Source: Antedon mediterranea
Taxonomy: Eukaryota > Animalia > Echinodermata
Assembly (NCBI RefSeq): GCF_964355755.1
Contig: NC_092678.1
Coordinates: 23,577,365-23,641,364 of the forward strand
Length of the DNA stretch: 64,000 nt
Reading direction: 5' to 3'
Below the pieces are notes generated by a model, which worked only from the letters and a program-made list of their open reading frames with translations, made no database searches and was not told the origin of the DNA. Of this stretch, positions 62,735-64,000 are shown in pieces; within the stretch, counting starts at the first letter, position 1; each line of letters begins with the position of its first letter. Position numbers and translations under genes: made by a program.

Positions 62735-64000
62735 GGGTATTAGTACAGCTTAATTGGTATATAGGTAGCTTAATTGGTAAACGTTGTCTTTATTAGTACA
62801 GGAGCTAACTTGGTAAAACCAACTTTATTAGTACAAGCTTTATTAGTACAGCTTATTTGATATAGGAGCTTAATTGGTACGGGTAGCTCAATTGAGTTCA
62901 GGTAACTTTATTAGTACAGGAGCTTTGGTACAGGTACCTTCATTGGGTACAAACAACTTTATTAGTACAGAAGCTTTGGTACGGGTACCTTCGTTGGGTA
63001 CAAGAAACTTTATTAGTACAGGATCTTAATTGAGTTCAGGCAACTTTATTAGTACAGGAGCTTTGGTACAGGTACCTTCGTTGGGTACAAGCAACTTTAT
63101 TAGTACAGGAGCTTTGGTACAGGTACCTTCGTTGAGTACAAGCAACTTTATTAGTACAAGAGCTTAATTAAGTTTAGGCAACTTTGTTAGTACAGGAGCT
63201 TTGGTACAGGTACCTTCGATGGGTACACGCAACTTTATTAGTACAGAAGCTTTATTGAAACAAGTACCTTCATTGGGTACACGCAACTTTATTAGTACAG
63301 GAGATTTGGTACAGGTACCTCCGTTGGGTACACTACAACTAACTGTATTAGTACATGAGCTCTGGTATAGGTATCTCCATTGGGTACACGCAACTTTATT
63401 AGTACATTATCTTAATTGAGTTCAGGCAACTTTATTAGTACAGGAGCTTTATTGGTACAGGTACCTTCATTGGGTACACGCAACTTTATTAGTACAGGAG
63501 CTTTGGTACAGGTACCTTCGTTGAGTACAAGCAACGTTTTTTAGTACAGCTTAATTGGTGGTAGAAGTACTGCAGGTTTTATCCGTAATTCGTACACGTC
63601 GTGATCATACAGTTGAATTTGTACAGTGGCTCCATTGGTATATTTACCCATTGGGTACACTCAACTTTATTGGTACATGAGCTTTGGTACAGGCACCTTC
63701 ATTGGGTACAAGCAACTTTATTGGTACATGAGCTTTGGTACAGGCACCTTCATTGGGTACAAGCAACTTTATTGGTACATGAGCTTTGGTACAGGCACCT
63801 TCATTGGGTACAAGCAACTTTATTGGTACATGAGCTTTGGTACAGGCACCTTCATTGGGTACAAGCAACTTTATTAGTACATGAGCTTTGGTACAGGTAC
63901 CTTCGTTGAGTACAAGCAACTTTATTAGTACTGGAGCTTTGGTACAGGTACCTTCGTTGGGTACAAGCAACTTTATTAGTACAGGATCTTAATTGAGTTC
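62735..64000. repeat. 51-bp satellite with shorter variant units, running off the right edge
   Basis: Unit AACTTTATTAGTACAGGAGCTTTGGTACAGGTACCTTCATTGGGTACAAGC. It is most homogeneous at 63650-63900. Confidence 0.95.

Noticed and set aside
61203-63970. Repetitive ORFs (LTNFAFHNT..., LLVHELWYRHLHWVQAT...)
   Set aside because: They are translations of the 42-bp and 51-bp tandem repeats, open on both strands or in several frames.

Overview
AT-rich, intron-containing animal (invertebrate-like) genomic DNA, not prokaryotic. It contains a complete four-coding-exon Wnt5 gene on the minus strand (24719-24628, 19198-18930, 16322-16030, 12644-12186; 370 aa; all GT-AG junctions in frame). An intronless FBXL14/Ppa gene lies on the plus strand (31303-32493; 396 aa), divergent from Wnt5 with 6.6 kb between the ATGs. 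Downstream of Wnt5, on the same strand, is a 71-nt signal-peptide-type first exon (6740-6670) missed by the ORF track. It is probably exon 1 of Wnt7, which would complete the ancestral FBXL14-Wnt5-Wnt7 linkage (inference). The rest is non-coding: several PIF/Harbinger-like MITE families, a non-autonomous hAT element with an 8-bp TSD, a 5'-truncated RTE LINE with a 12-bp TSD, a degenerate hammerhead-like motif, many minisatellites, and a very high density of TA-(3-4 nt)-TA motifs that look like transposon excision footprints. I found no convincing new protein-coding system, CRISPR array or RNA gene. All alignments and counts were made by eye.
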